DNA of 28,585 nt, from NCBI GenBank assembly GCA_023250775.1, contig JAHFAA010000002.1, positions 1 through 28,585 of the forward strand. Reading direction: 5' to 3'. The translations under genes were made by a program, and so were the position numbers. The notes below the pieces were generated by a model. That model made no database searches. It was not told the origin of the DNA and saw only the letters and a list, made by a program, of their open reading frames with translations. Shown one piece after another: positions 17,150-26,774 of this stretch (the stretch's first letter is position 1; the number at the start of each line of letters is the position of its first letter). This DNA is from Bdellovibrionales bacterium. GTDB lineage: Bacteria; Bdellovibrionota; Bacteriovoracia; Bacteriovoracales; Bacteriovoracaceae.

Positions 17150-20100
17150 GTTAGGATTGGGGCCAGCCATTTCTTACCGGTCTTAAGGTCCCAGCCTTTT
17201 CTTTCACAATAGTTTTTGAGCTGGTCTTCACCAATCTTGAGAATGTTAAAATAACGTGAGTCGGGGTGAGCAAAGATGTAGCCTGCGACTGTGCTTGGCG
17301 GGGTCATGGCAAAATTTTCGGTGAGACGTGCCTTCAAGTTTTTCTCGACTTGCAATAAGTTCCAAATCTTTTCTTTTTCTGTGTGATCTGGGCATGAAGG
17401 GTAGCCGGGCGCTGGCCGAATTGTTTTATATTTTTCATTAATGAAATCTTCTGGTGTTAGGTCGCCAGCGCGTTCGACGCCGAATTGAAGCCGGGCCCAA
17501 TGATGAACCATTTCGGCCATAGCTTCGGCCAAGCGATCGCCAATCGCTTTAACTAAGATAGCACTATAGTCGTCTTTGTTTGCTTGATATTGCTTGGCGA
17601 TGGCCTCAAGTTCATTGCCAACAGTCACGGCAAATAATCCAATAAAATCCTGTTTGGTCGAGATAAAATCTGTCAGGGAATGAGGAGCTGAAATATCTTT
17701 CCGCTGCTGCCTTAAAAAATTTAAGGTGGCGATTTTGTTTTTCCGATCGTCAAAAACGACAATGTCATCTTCCTTGCGAGTCGCCGGCCAAAAACCAAGT
17801 GCGGCACAGGGATGCAATTGTTTGTCACGCTTCAATGACTCAAGCATAATGATGGCATCTTCAAATAATTTTTTTGCTTCACTGCCGAAATCCTTATGCT
17901 CTAGAATTTTTGGATAGGTGCCTTTTAAACTAAAGGCCCAAAAAAGCGGGGACCAATCAATATAAGGAGTGATTTCCTCGAGAGTGAGATCTTGAAAATA
18001 TTTCGTTCCATAAAAAGGCATATTGGAAATAGTACTCTGATTAAATTCGATTAGAGGTGCCTTGGTCTTGGCCTCTTCATAGGTCCAAAGTTCATCCGTG
18101 GGACGCGCATCAAAATGCAAGCGCAATCCTTCTTGTTTTGCGCGCAAATCCTTTTCAAAACCTTCGCGTAATTTTGGATTTTTCAAGTTAGTCATAGTGT
18201 CAATGACAAGAGAAGCATCTGCCACACGCACCACTGGGGCACTATAGAGGGGAGCAATTTTCAACGCAGTGTGGGCGTTCGAAGTCGTGGCACCGCCAAT
18301 GAGAAGTGGAAGATTGATTTTTTGCCGCTCAAATTCCTGAGCGTTAAAAATTATTTCATCAAGCGAAGGAGTAATCAATCCGCTGAGTCCGATATAATCG
18401 GCCTTGTGTTTTTTAATGGCCTCAATAATTGTTTCGCAAGAAACCATCACGCCTAAATCAACGACGTTGTAACCGTTGCAGGAAAGAACTACGGAGACGA
18501 TATTCTTTCCGATATCGTGAACGTCACCCTTGACGGTCGCCAGGATGATTGTTCCTTGGTGTGACTGTGACCCGGGTTTTTTTGCCGCTGCGATAAAAGG
18601 TTCAAGATAAGCAACAGATTGTTTCATCACTCGAGCGCTTTTCACAACTTGCGGCAAAAACATTTTTCCTTGCCCGAATAAATCTCCAACCAACTTCATA
18701 CCTGACATCAGTGGACCTTCGATGACATCTAAAGGCGTACCGTATTTTTTGAGGGCCTCTTCCGTGTCTTGATCAACGTAATTGGTAATGCCCTTCATAA
18801 GAGCGTGTGCGAGACGATCTTCCACACAACCTTGGCGCCACAGATCGAGGGCCTTTGAATCAGTTTTTACATCTTTTGCTTGCGCCAGATTAGTGGCGAG
18901 TTCGATCAAATTTTCTGAAGCATCGGGGTGACGACAGAGAACAACATCTTCGACCTTCTTCTTTAAGTCAGGCGCAATTTCTTCATACACTTCCAGCATC
19001 CCGGCATTGACGATGGCCATGTCGAGGCCCGCTTGAATAGTATGATAGAGAAAAACACTATGCATGGCCTCGCGAACTTTATTATTTCCGCGAAAGCTGA
19101 AGGAGACGTTACTGATTCCGCCACTGGTGAATGAGTAAGGACAGCGTTTTTTTATTTCACGCACGGCCTCAATAAAGTTGATCCCGTAATGATCATGCTC
19201 TTTCATCCCGGTTGCGATAGTTAACACATTGGGGTCAAAGATAATATTCTCGGGAGCAATTCCGGCCTTCTCTGTCAAAATAGTGTAGGCCCTGACACAA
19301 ATTCTAATTTTCTCTTCTAAGGTTGAGGCCTGGCCTTTTTCATCGAACGCCATCACAATCATGGCGGCACCATAGCGATCAACTAATTTGGCTCGTTCTA
19401 AAAATTTTTCCTCGCCCTCTTTTAAGCTAATAGAGTTGACGATACATTTTCCTTGAACACATTTCAGCCCCTCTTCAATGACAGACCATTTCGAGCTGTC
19501 GATCATGATGGGAACTTTGGCGATGTCAGGTTCAACGGCGAGCAAATTTAAAAATGTGCGCATGCACTCTTCTCCGTTGAGGAGTGCTTCATCGAAATTG
19601 ACATCAAGGATGTTGGCACCACTTTCCACCTGCTGGCGAGCGACTTCGAGGGCCTCGGATAATTTTCCCTCTTTGATAAGCTTAGAAAATTTCGGGCTGC
19701 CTGTGACATTAGTACGTTCGCCCACCATGATAAAAGGGTGGGTACCGTTGCAGGGAATATTGAGCGGTTCGAGACCTGAAAGACGTAAGGCCTTTTCTAC
19801 TGCTGGAATTTTTCGTGGTCTTATGGCATCGACATACTTTGCAATTTGTTTGATATGGGAAGGGGTTGTGCCACAGCATCCTCCCACTAAATTGACTAAT
19901 CCAGCGGAAGCGAATTCTTGAACATGCCGTCCGGTGATTTCAGGGGTTTCGTCATATCCTGATGGGGCCAAAGGATTAGGCAGTCCCGCATTGGGATAGC
20001 AGCTCACATAACATTCGGCAACCTTTGAGAGTTGGGCAAGAAACGGTCGCATTTCGCGCGCACCAAGAGCGCAATTGATGCCAACGCTTAATGCATGGGC

Positions 20101-20823
20101 ATGTCGAATGGAGTTGTAGCATGCTTCGGCAGTTTGACCGCTTAAGACTCGTCCCGAGTTATCGGTAATGGTCATGGAAATCATGACGGGCCAGCGCTGG
20201 CCAAGTTCTTCAAATAATTCTTCGAAAGCAAAAATGACGGCCTTCAAATTAAGAGTATCAAAAACAGTTTCGGGCAAGAGAATATCAGCGCCGCCTTCAA
20301 TCAAGGCCCGTGCCTGCTCAGAGTACGCATGTTTCAATTGATCAAAAGTGATAGAACGAAAGCCTGGATCAGAGACACGAGGAGACATTGAAGCCGTGGT
20401 ATTGGTAGGTCCTAGGCAACCGGCGACAAAAACTGGGCGCGTGGGGTTTTTCTTTTTGAATTTTTGGGCAGCGTTCTTCGCACAACGTGCGGCCGCCACG
20501 TTGATATCTCTGACATATGATTCTAACTTGTAATCTCGCTGAGAAATCCAGGTGGCATTGAAGCTATTGGTTTCAATAATATTGGCCCCAGCCTCTAAAT
20601 AGTCGAGGTGAATACTTTCGATCACCTCAGGGCGAGTGATACATAAAATATCATTATTGCCTTTGAGTGCTACGGAATGGTCCTTAAATTGATCGCCGCG
20701 AAAATCTTCTTCAGCAAGTTTTTTTTGCTGAATCATGGTGCCCATAGCACCATCGATAATTAAAATACGTTTTTGGAGAAGTTCTTCCAGTTGGAAGTAC
20801 GCCTCCGTTTTTTTTATCGACAT
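17146..20823 (-). CDS. metH: Cobalamin-dependent methionine synthase (full four-domain form)
   Basis: DGAMGTMIQ, Zn ligands GINCALG and [26 protein letters not shown]12-binding DVHDIGKN, and reactivation domain [12 protein letters not shown]. 1225 aa. Confidence 0.98.
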   Translation of the reverse strand: MSIKKTEAYFQLEELLQKRILIIDGAMGTMIQQKKLAEEDFRGDQFKDHSVALKGNNDILCITRPEVIESIHLDYLEAGANIIETNSFNATWISQRDYKLESYVRDINVAAARCAKNAAQKFKKKNPTRPVFVAGCLGPTNTTASMSPRVSDPGFRSITFDQLKHAYSEQARALIEGGADILLPETVFDTLNLKAVIFAFEELFEELGQRWPVMISMTITDNSGRVLSGQTAEACYNSIRHAHALSVGINCALGAREMRPFLAQLSKVAECYVSCYPNAGLPNPLAPSGYDETPEITGRHVQEFASAGLVNLVGGCCGTTPSHIKQIAKYVDAIRPRKIPAVEKALRLSGLEPLNIPCNGTHPFIMVGERTNVTGSPKFSKLIKEGKLSEALEVARQQVESGANILDVNFDEALLNGEECMRTFLNLLAVEPDIAKVPIMIDSSKWSVIEEGLKCVQGKCIVNSISLKEGEEKFLERAKLVDRYGAAMIVMAFDEKGQASTLEEKIRICVRAYTILTEKAGIAPENIIFDPNVLTIATGMKEHDHYGINFIEAVREIKKRCPYSFTSGGISNVSFSFRGNNKVREAMHSVFLYHTIQAGLDMAIVNAGMLEVYEEIAPDLKKKVEDVVLCRHPDASENLIELATNLAQAKDVKTDSKALDLWRQGCVEDRLAHALMKGITNYVDQDTEEALKKYGTPLDVIEGPLMSGMKLVGDLFGQGKMFLPQVVKSARVMKQSVAYLEPFIAAAKKPGSQSHQGTIILATVKGDVHDIGKNIVSVVLSCNGYNVVDLGVMVSCETIIEAIKKHKADYIGLSGLITPSLDEIIFNAQEFERQKINLPLLIGGATTSNAHTALKIAPLYSAPVVRVADASLVIDTMTNLKNPKLREGFEKDLRAKQEGLRLHFDARPTDELWTYEEAKTKAPLIEFNQSTISNMPFYGTKYFQDLTLEEITPYIDWSPLFWAFSLKGTYPKILEHKDFGSEAKKLFEDAIIMLESLKRDKQLHPCAALGFWPATRKEDDIVVFDDRKNKIATLNFLRQQRKDISAPHSLTDFISTKQDFIGLFAVTVGNELEAIAKQYQANKDDYSAILVKAIGDRLAEAMAEMVHHWARLQFGVERAGDLTPEDFINEKYKTIRPAPGYPSCPDHTEKEKIWNLLQVEKNLKARLTENFAMTPPSTVAGYIFAHPDSRYFNILKIGEDQLKNYCERKGWDLKTGKKWLAPILT

Positions 20824-20828
20824 GTTGT

Positions 20829-21776
20829 TTATGTCCTAAATTTTTTTATTACGTCGACCACTAATTCTGTGTCATTCATGATGTAAAAATGAATATCAGG
20901 GACGTTGGCCTTGAGTAGCCCTTCGACTTGTTGTTGCGCCCATCTGATACCAATTTCAGGAATGTGATCGGGGTTTTTCATTGCATCATCAACCAATTCA
21001 TCAGGAAGATCGATGTAGAAGTTACTTGGAATTGATTGCAGTTGGTTTTTTGTTTTGAGAATTTTAATTCCTGGGATGATGGGGACAGTTATTCCTTCGC
21101 TTCGGCATACTTTTACAAAATCAAAATATTTCTGATTATCAAAAAACATTTGAGTTGTGATGTATTCTGCACCGAGTTCAATTTTTTTCTTAAGATAAAA
21201 AATATCCTGCTTCAAGCTTGGAGATTCGAAATGTTTTTCAGGATAGCCCGCAACGCCGACGCTAAAATCAAGGGGACGGGCCTGGCTCAATTCATCCAGA
21301 TACAATCCGCGTTTGATGTTGGACATTTGGCTTACTAGGTCGCTGGCAAACAAATTGACTGAACGATCTTTAGCGATGTTCTTTTTGTAATTGAGTCCAT
21401 CTCCGCGGATAGCAAAAATATTTTGCACACCTAAAAAATTTAATTCAATTAATGCATCTTCAGTTTCTTCTTTTGTGAAACCGTTACATAGCAAGTGCCC
21501 AACAGTATCGATGTTAAAGCGATTTTGAATGATGCCGCAAATCCCAATTGTTCCAGGACGTTTCTTGTAAATTCGTCTTTGAACAGTGCCATCCGCTTTT
21601 TCATTATAGTAAGCACTGGCAGAATGGGCCGTGACATCAATCCACGATGGTTGAAAGGGAAGAAGAGCATTGATGATGTCGAAAATATCTTGCACTGTTC
21701 GCCCACGAGGTGGCGGAACAATTTCAAAACTGAACAGCGGTCCCTTGCGGTTATTTATGTGGTCAATGACTTTCAT
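20829..21776 (-). CDS. metF: 5,10-methylenetetrahydrofolate reductase (long, Bacteroidota-like type)
   Basis: [48 protein letters not shown] and PIIPGIK. Start moved to ATG 21776 (MKVIDHI), with GAGGG upstream. Confidence 0.93.
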   Translation of the reverse strand: MKVIDHINNRKGPLFSFEIVPPPRGRTVQDIFDIINALLPFQPSWIDVTAHSASAYYNEKADGTVQRRIYKKRPGTIGICGIIQNRFNIDTVGHLLCNGFTKEETEDALIELNFLGVQNIFAIRGDGLNYKKNIAKDRSVNLFASDLVSQMSNIKRGLYLDELSQARPLDFSVGVAGYPEKHFESPSLKQDIFYLKKKIELGAEYITTQMFFDNQKYFDFVKVCRSEGITVPIIPGIKILKTKNQLQSIPSNFYIDLPDELVDDAMKNPDHIPEIGIRWAQQQVEGLLKANVPDIHFYIMNDTELVVDVIKKFRT

Positions 21777-21796
21777 AATATGTGGTTCCCTCATTT

Positions 21797-21824
21797 ATCT
21801 TACTATCTTGAGCCAAGTGTTCAA
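21797..21824 (-). promoter_or_regulatory. Weak candidate promoter for metF-metH
   Basis: Minus strand TTGAAC-N16-TAAGAT. Confidence 0.3.
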
Positions 21825-21858
21825 CTATAGGAAAAAAAGTGCCTTTTGGATAGTTATT

Positions 21859-22704
21859 CTACGCCGTTTGCAGCAATTCGCGCAGCCGTTTGAGAAAGAG
21901 ATCGAGTGATTTTGGTACTAATCTAAAAAAAAGTTCGGGCTCAAAGAGTTCAAGTTCCATCAAGTAATACTGATTTTGGTGAAAAATCCAATCACTGCGT
22001 GAGTATAAAAGCGGCGCGGTCACATCGCGTAATTTTTCTAGTTCAATCTTTAATTGTTCAGGGATATCAAAGTTGTCTACTGTTCCACCATAATTGGCTT
22101 GCACCCTAAACTCATTTCCCGCAGGTTTCTTCAACACAGCATGTGAGACATATGGGCCAAATGAAATGACTGAGATTTCACCATGCGCAATTCCGGAAAG
22201 GAATTCTTGTGCCAAATAAACGCGGCGGTCACCGGCTGCGTGCAGTTCAATAAATTTTTCAAGAATTTTTTCACGGCTTAAATGAAAGGTATTTTTTCCA
22301 GAAGCGCTGATTATTGGTTTAAGCACCAGCTCTTTTGATTGAATGTTGAGACGCGCCTTTGGACCACTAATAATTTGTGTCGAAGGAATGAGCACATTAT
22401 TTTGGTTTTCAAGATCAAAAAGATACATTTTGTCTATATTGGTGCGAATCGTATCGACCGAATTTAAACAACATACTTTTGCTTTTTCAATTTTTTCCAG
22501 CAAGAGAAGAAATGCTTCGACTTTAGTCTGATAGTCCCAAACGCTACGAATAATCAGAGCGTCGTATTTTTTCGGACTAAATCCAGAGTCCCAGATAATT
22601 GTTTCAACGTGAAGATCATTTTGTTTTTTCAAAAATTCAAAAAGTATCTGATCGTCTGGGGAGAGCTTAGGATGGTCGCTGGAGGTGAGGATTCCGATCT
22701 GCAA
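21859..22704 (-). CDS. ATP-grasp (RimK/glutathione-synthetase-like) ligase, DcsG-like subfamily
   Basis: DALIIRSVWDY, NIDKMYL, LVLKPIISASG, QEFL, EFRVQANYGG, YSRSDW and MELELFEPELF. TTG start with SD AAGGA. Confidence 0.85.
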   Translation of the reverse strand: MQIGILTSSDHPKLSPDDQILFEFLKKQNDLHVETIIWDSGFSPKKYDALIIRSVWDYQTKVEAFLLLLEKIEKAKVCCLNSVDTIRTNIDKMYLFDLENQNNVLIPSTQIISGPKARLNIQSKELVLKPIISASGKNTFHLSREKILEKFIELHAAGDRRVYLAQEFLSGIAHGEISVISFGPYVSHAVLKKPAGNEFRVQANYGGTVDNFDIPEQLKIELEKLRDVTAPLLYSRSDWIFHQNQYYLMELELFEPELFFRLVPKSLDLFLKRLRELLQTA

Positions 22705-22748
22705 GATGTAGTTCCTTGTTTAGCCCAGATTAACATAGGTGTTGTGGA

Positions 22749-22785
22749 CTGGCATCGTCTATTCTGTCATCGTCTCGAAATAGAC
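22749..22785. repeat. Intergenic interlocked direct and inverted repeat
   Basis: Direct repeat CTGGCATCGTCT (22749-22760) / CTGTCATCGTCT (22764-22775). Inverted repeat GTCTATT (22757-22763) / AATAGAC (22779-22785). Confidence 0.6.
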
Positions 22786-22824
22786 AAAAATGCTCAGACT
22801 TTATCTTAAAAACGGTAGAAACGA

Positions 22825-23568
22825 TTATTGATTTTTTCGAACGATGGCGACGACGGAGGTCCCTAGAAGAAAATCTGCCCGCACGAGATATTCGATTTTT
22901 CCCGCGAGATAAAACAACCAATTCAGAAGAGGCATTGTCGGTTTTAAATCCGCAGAGAGGGCCTTTCTTTTTCTAAAGAAAATTTTTCGCGTTATGAAAA
23001 CTATCGGAAATGCCCAAGAAAAAATATATCGGCAGTAGAGAACTTCAAAACCACATTTTCGGGCGAGTTCCATAACGTCGCGACGATTGTAGCGGCGATA
23101 ATGGCCCAAAAATTGATCCTGATAGCTCCAGAGCATTTGAAACGCCGGAACAGTGATGAGCGCAATCCCATCTGGTGCCAGGTATTTTTTCCATTCTTCC
23201 AAGGCGGCTTGGTCATTTTGAATATGCTCTAGCACATCCATGGCCAAAAGAAGATTTGCCTGCTGAGAGGCATCTGGGATGTGTTGAAGAAGTTGCACTT
23301 TTCCCGTTCCCCATACAGGTGTTTGTTTGTTGCCTATTTGAGAATCGATGCCAACTGCGGAGGTGATGCGCGCGCGATAGGGTGAAGATTGACTTATATA
23401 ATAGAGATTTTGACCAGTGCCGCAGCCAAACTCAAGCGCGTCGATATGAGTAAATTTTTTTGCAAGTCTTCGAATGGCCTTGTCGATGTACAAAAAACGT
23501 GTGCGAATCCACCAATGATTGATTTCTTGCTCGAAGGAGAGCTGATGTGCTTCTTTTAAGTCTGCCAT
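22825..23568 (-). CDS. Class I SAM-dependent methyltransferase of the type found in surface-glycan loci
   Basis: WWIRTR, LEFGCGTG, MDVLEH, ITVPAFQMLWS and GHYRRY. Confidence 0.88.
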   Translation of the reverse strand: MADLKEAHQLSFEQEINHWWIRTRFLYIDKAIRRLAKKFTHIDALEFGCGTGQNLYYISQSSPYRARITSAVGIDSQIGNKQTPVWGTGKVQLLQHIPDASQQANLLLAMDVLEHIQNDQAALEEWKKYLAPDGIALITVPAFQMLWSYQDQFLGHYRRYNRRDVMELARKCGFEVLYCRYIFSWAFPIVFITRKIFFRKRKALSADLKPTMPLLNWLFYLAGKIEYLVRADFLLGTSVVAIVRKNQ

Positions 23569-23582
23569 ATAAAAAAACTTTA

Positions 23583-23591
23583 TGCTAAGAT
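23583..23591 (+). promoter_or_regulatory. Candidate extended -10 promoter for the glycan operon
   Basis: TG-C-TAAGAT lies 36 nt upstream of ATG 23628. Confidence 0.3.
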
Positions 23592-23627
23592 TGCGCTCAT
23601 GGTGATTGTAGTCGACTTAGAGTTAAT

Positions 23628-24734
23628 ATGAAAGTTGTTCTCTTGCATGATTGGCTCACAGGTTTTCGCGGCGGTGAGCGAGTGCTTGAAGCTTTTTGTG
23701 AAATGTTTCCAGAAGCTCCACTTTACACTTTGCTTTATCAAAAGGGTTCAACCAGTTCTTGTATTGAAAATCGCAAAATTGTGACGAGTTTTCTCAATAC
23801 GATTCCGCGCATTCACCAACACTATCGAAAATTTCTTCCACTCTTCCCTAAAGCGGCGGAAGGTCTGAAGATTATTGAAGATGCTGATTTGGTTTTAAGC
23901 TCCAGCCATTGTGTGATTAAGGGAGTGAAAAAACCCAAAGGCAGTTTCCATATTTCTTATATCCACAGTCCCATGCGCTACCTCTATGATCAGTTCGATA
24001 CCTATTTCGGTCCAGAGGCGCCTTTCTATCAGCGAGCGGGAGCACGAATTTTTAAAGATTATCTGGTCAATTGGGACAAAGAAAGTAATCAAAATGTTGA
24101 TCTCATGATCGCCAATTCGCACTTTGTAAAAATGCGAATTCAGACCTACTACAATACCTTCCCAAGTGTCTTGCACCCCTTTGTTGAGCTGGGCGATTTT
24201 TTGCCTTTTCAAGATACGCCTCCGCAAAAAGAGGACTTCTATATTATGGTGACGGCCTTTGCGCCCAATAAGCGTGTGGATTTGGCCATCGAGGCCTTTA
24301 ATCGAATGGGTAAAAGACTCAAAATAATTGGTGGTGGTCAGCAAGATAAACTGCTGCGCAAAATGGCTGGGCCGACTATTGAATTTCTGGGTAGCACCCG
24401 TAGAGAAGTATTAGTGCAGGAATTATCCCGCGCACAGGCGCTCATTTTCCCTGGTGTCGAGGATTTTGGCATTACGCCACTGGAGGCCTTGGCAGCGGGG
24501 ACGCCCGTGGTCGCCTACAAAATTGGCGGAGTGCTCGAGACGCTCAATCCCGAAGTCTGCCAATTTTTTGATGAGCAAACTCCGCAAGCACTGGTTAGAG
24601 CAATCCTTGATTTTGAAAAACGTTCGTTTCATCACCGGGCACTCGTTGCCAGGGCCAATGACTTTTCGAAAGAAAATTTCAAAAATCACATGCGTATTAT
24701 CATCAATGACCATGTGAAGCAGCGCCCAATATAA
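23628..24734 (+). CDS. Glycosyltransferase family 4 (GT-B, mannosyltransferase-like)
   Basis: HDWLTGFRGGERVLE, SYIHSPMRY, IANSHFV, KRVDLAIEAF and EDFGITPLEALAAGTPVVA. Confidence 0.94.
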   Translation: MKVVLLHDWLTGFRGGERVLEAFCEMFPEAPLYTLLYQKGSTSSCIENRKIVTSFLNTIPRIHQHYRKFLPLFPKAAEGLKIIEDADLVLSSSHCVIKGVKKPKGSFHISYIHSPMRYLYDQFDTYFGPEAPFYQRAGARIFKDYLVNWDKESNQNVDLMIANSHFVKMRIQTYYNTFPSVLHPFVELGDFLPFQDTPPQKEDFYIMVTAFAPNKRVDLAIEAFNRMGKRLKIIGGGQQDKLLRKMAGPTIEFLGSTRREVLVQELSRAQALIFPGVEDFGITPLEALAAGTPVVAYKIGGVLETLNPEVCQFFDEQTPQALVRAILDFEKRSFHHRALVARANDFSKENFKNHMRIIINDHVKQRPI

Positions 24735-24810
24735 TCTTTTTAAAATACATTATTTTGCGCTTAGGAATGATAGTTACTTCATGGTATTTATAGCTATAGA
24801 AGGGGTCATC

Positions 24811-25782
24811 ATGTCAAAAATAAAGCTGCCATCAACGCTTGAGGGGAAAACCATTTTAGTTGCCGGTGCCGCAGGTTTTGTTCCTGGCCATTTATGTGAG
24901 TTTTATCTTGGTCTTGGTGCCAAAATTATCGGACTTGATAATTTTATCACGGGTAGTAGATCTACAGTCGAACTGCTGTCAAAAAATAAAAATTTTGAAT
25001 TTCATGAGTGCAATATTTTTGAACGACTGCCCGATTTTTCAAAAAATAAAATCGATTTTATTTTTTCTCTGGCCTCTCCTGCATCTCCCATCGACTTCGA
25101 TCAAATTCCGGTCGAGATCATGCGGGTTAACAGCGAAGGAACATTAAAGCTTCTGGAAGTAGCTCGCGCTAAAGGCGCACGTTTTTTAGAGGCCTCAACT
25201 TCTGAGGTTTATGGTGATCCTGAAATTCATCCCCAAGTGGAAACTTACCAAGGCAATGTGAATCCCATTGGCCCACGCTCTTGTTATGATGAGTCCAAGC
25301 GTTTTGCCGAGGCCATGACCATGAGCTTTCACCGGCACTACAAAGTCGATACGCGCATCGTACGTATTTTTAATACCTATGGCCCTCGCATGCGACCCAA
25401 CGACGGGCGTGTGATTCCCAACTTTATTACCCAGGCCCTCAAAAACCAAGATATTACAGTTTACGGTGACGGCCAACAGACACGTTCATTTTGCTATGTC
25501 AGTGATCTTGTCCAGGCCATTCACAATGTTATGTTCTGTGACGATCCGACACCTTTCAATGTTGGCAATCCTGACGAGTACACAGTTAAGCAGGCGGCTG
25601 AAACTATTATAAAATATTTAGGTGCCAAATCTAAAATTGCTTATCGACCGATTATGCAAGATGATCCTCGAAAGCGACGACCTGATCTTACGAAACTTCA
25701 GAAAATTTCTGACTACCGGCCGAAAGTAACTTTCGAAGAAGGTATCAAGCGTACAGCTGAGCATTTCAAAGGCCTAAAATGA
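24811..25782 (+). CDS. uxs: UDP-glucuronate decarboxylase (UDP-xylose synthase), extended SDR
   Basis: LASPASP, ASTSEVYGDP, GNVNPIGPRSCYDESKR, RIFNTYGPRM, DGRVIPNF, GDGQQTRSFCYV and DDPRKRRPD. ATG 24811 follows AAGGGG. Confidence 0.88.
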   Translation: MSKIKLPSTLEGKTILVAGAAGFVPGHLCEFYLGLGAKIIGLDNFITGSRSTVELLSKNKNFEFHECNIFERLPDFSKNKIDFIFSLASPASPIDFDQIPVEIMRVNSEGTLKLLEVARAKGARFLEASTSEVYGDPEIHPQVETYQGNVNPIGPRSCYDESKRFAEAMTMSFHRHYKVDTRIVRIFNTYGPRMRPNDGRVIPNFITQALKNQDITVYGDGQQTRSFCYVSDLVQAIHNVMFCDDPTPFNVGNPDEYTVKQAAETIIKYLGAKSKIAYRPIMQDDPRKRRPDLTKLQKISDYRPKVTFEEGIKRTAEHFKGLK

Positions 25783-26774
25783 AGGTTCTTGTCACAGGTG
25801 GTGCAGGATATATCGGCTCACATGTGAATCGTCTCCTGGCGAGTGCTGGTCATGAAACTGTTGTGCTGGATAATTTGAGTACTGGGAAAAAAGATCTGGT
25901 TTTGGCCGGTCGGCTGGTTGTGGGAGATCTCGCCGATCAGAATGCTGTCTGCAATCTTTTCGAGAAAGAGAAATTTGAAGCTGTTTTGCATTTCGCTGGC
26001 AGTATCATTGTTCCCGAGAGTGTAAAAGAACCCATCAAGTACTATCAAAACAATACTAAAAATGCTTTGGGGCTCATTAACATTTGCAAAAAGTTTAATG
26101 TTAACAAATTTATTTTTTCATCGACAGCAGCGGTTTATGGAATTCCAAAAGAAAGTGGAATTTGTTATGAAACTTCTCCGCTAGCTCCCATCAATCCTTA
26201 TGGACGCAGCAAACTTATGACGGAATGGATGCTGGAAGATTTCGCCGTTGCCAATTCCGATTTTAATTTTGTGATCTTGCGCTATTTCAATGTTGCTGGG
26301 GCATCTATTGATGGAAAACTTGGACAGTGCTCGCCTGTCTCCACTCACTTGATCAAGATTGCCTGCGAAACGGCTGTGGGAAAGCGAGATGCCATGGAAA
26401 TATTTAGTGATGATTACAAAACTCCGGATGGAACCTGCATTCGCGATTATATTCACGTGGAAGATTTGGCCCAGGCCCATTTAGACGGGCTCCAGTATCT
26501 TGCTTCTGGGGGAAAATCGACAGTCGTCAATTGTGGTTATGGGCATGGGACGAGTGTTAAAGAAATTGTTTCAGTTGTTCGCAAAGTGAGCGGAGTCAAC
26601 TTTACTGCCACGCAAGCTCCGCGCCGTGAAGGCGATGGCCCGATTCTTATCGCCCATGCAGAAAAAATTAAAAAGATTTTTGGTTGGAAACCCCGGCACG
26701 ACAATTTAGAACTTATTGTTAAGACTGCCTTGGAATGGGAGCGCAAGCTTCTGAAGGGGTGGGCACGTGCTTGA
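25779..26774 (+). CDS. galE: UDP-glucose 4-epimerase
   Basis: VTGGAGYIGSH, HFAGSIIVPESV, FSSTAAVYG, YGRSK, LRYFNVAGA, DGTCIRDYIHV and NCGYGHG. ATGA overlap with the upstream gene. Confidence 0.96.
   Translation: MKVLVTGGAGYIGSHVNRLLASAGHETVVLDNLSTGKKDLVLAGRLVVGDLADQNAVCNLFEKEKFEAVLHFAGSIIVPESVKEPIKYYQNNTKNALGLINICKKFNVNKFIFSSTAAVYGIPKESGICYETSPLAPINPYGRSKLMTEWMLEDFAVANSDFNFVILRYFNVAGASIDGKLGQCSPVSTHLIKIACETAVGKRDAMEIFSDDYKTPDGTCIRDYIHVEDLAQAHLDGLQYLASGGKSTVVNCGYGHGTSVKEIVSVVRKVSGVNFTATQAPRREGDGPILIAHAEKIKKIFGWKPRHDNLELIVKTALEWERKLLKGWARA

Noticed and set aside
17726-21909. Plus-strand ORFs opposite metH and metF (e.g. 19478-19921, 21036-21338, 21495-21830)
   Set aside because: Antisense shadows of well-supported genes, with no motifs or start signals.
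22730-22921. 63-aa minus-strand ORF crossing the spacer
   Set aside because: It overlaps the methyltransferase out of frame, has no SD, and its composition is not protein-like.
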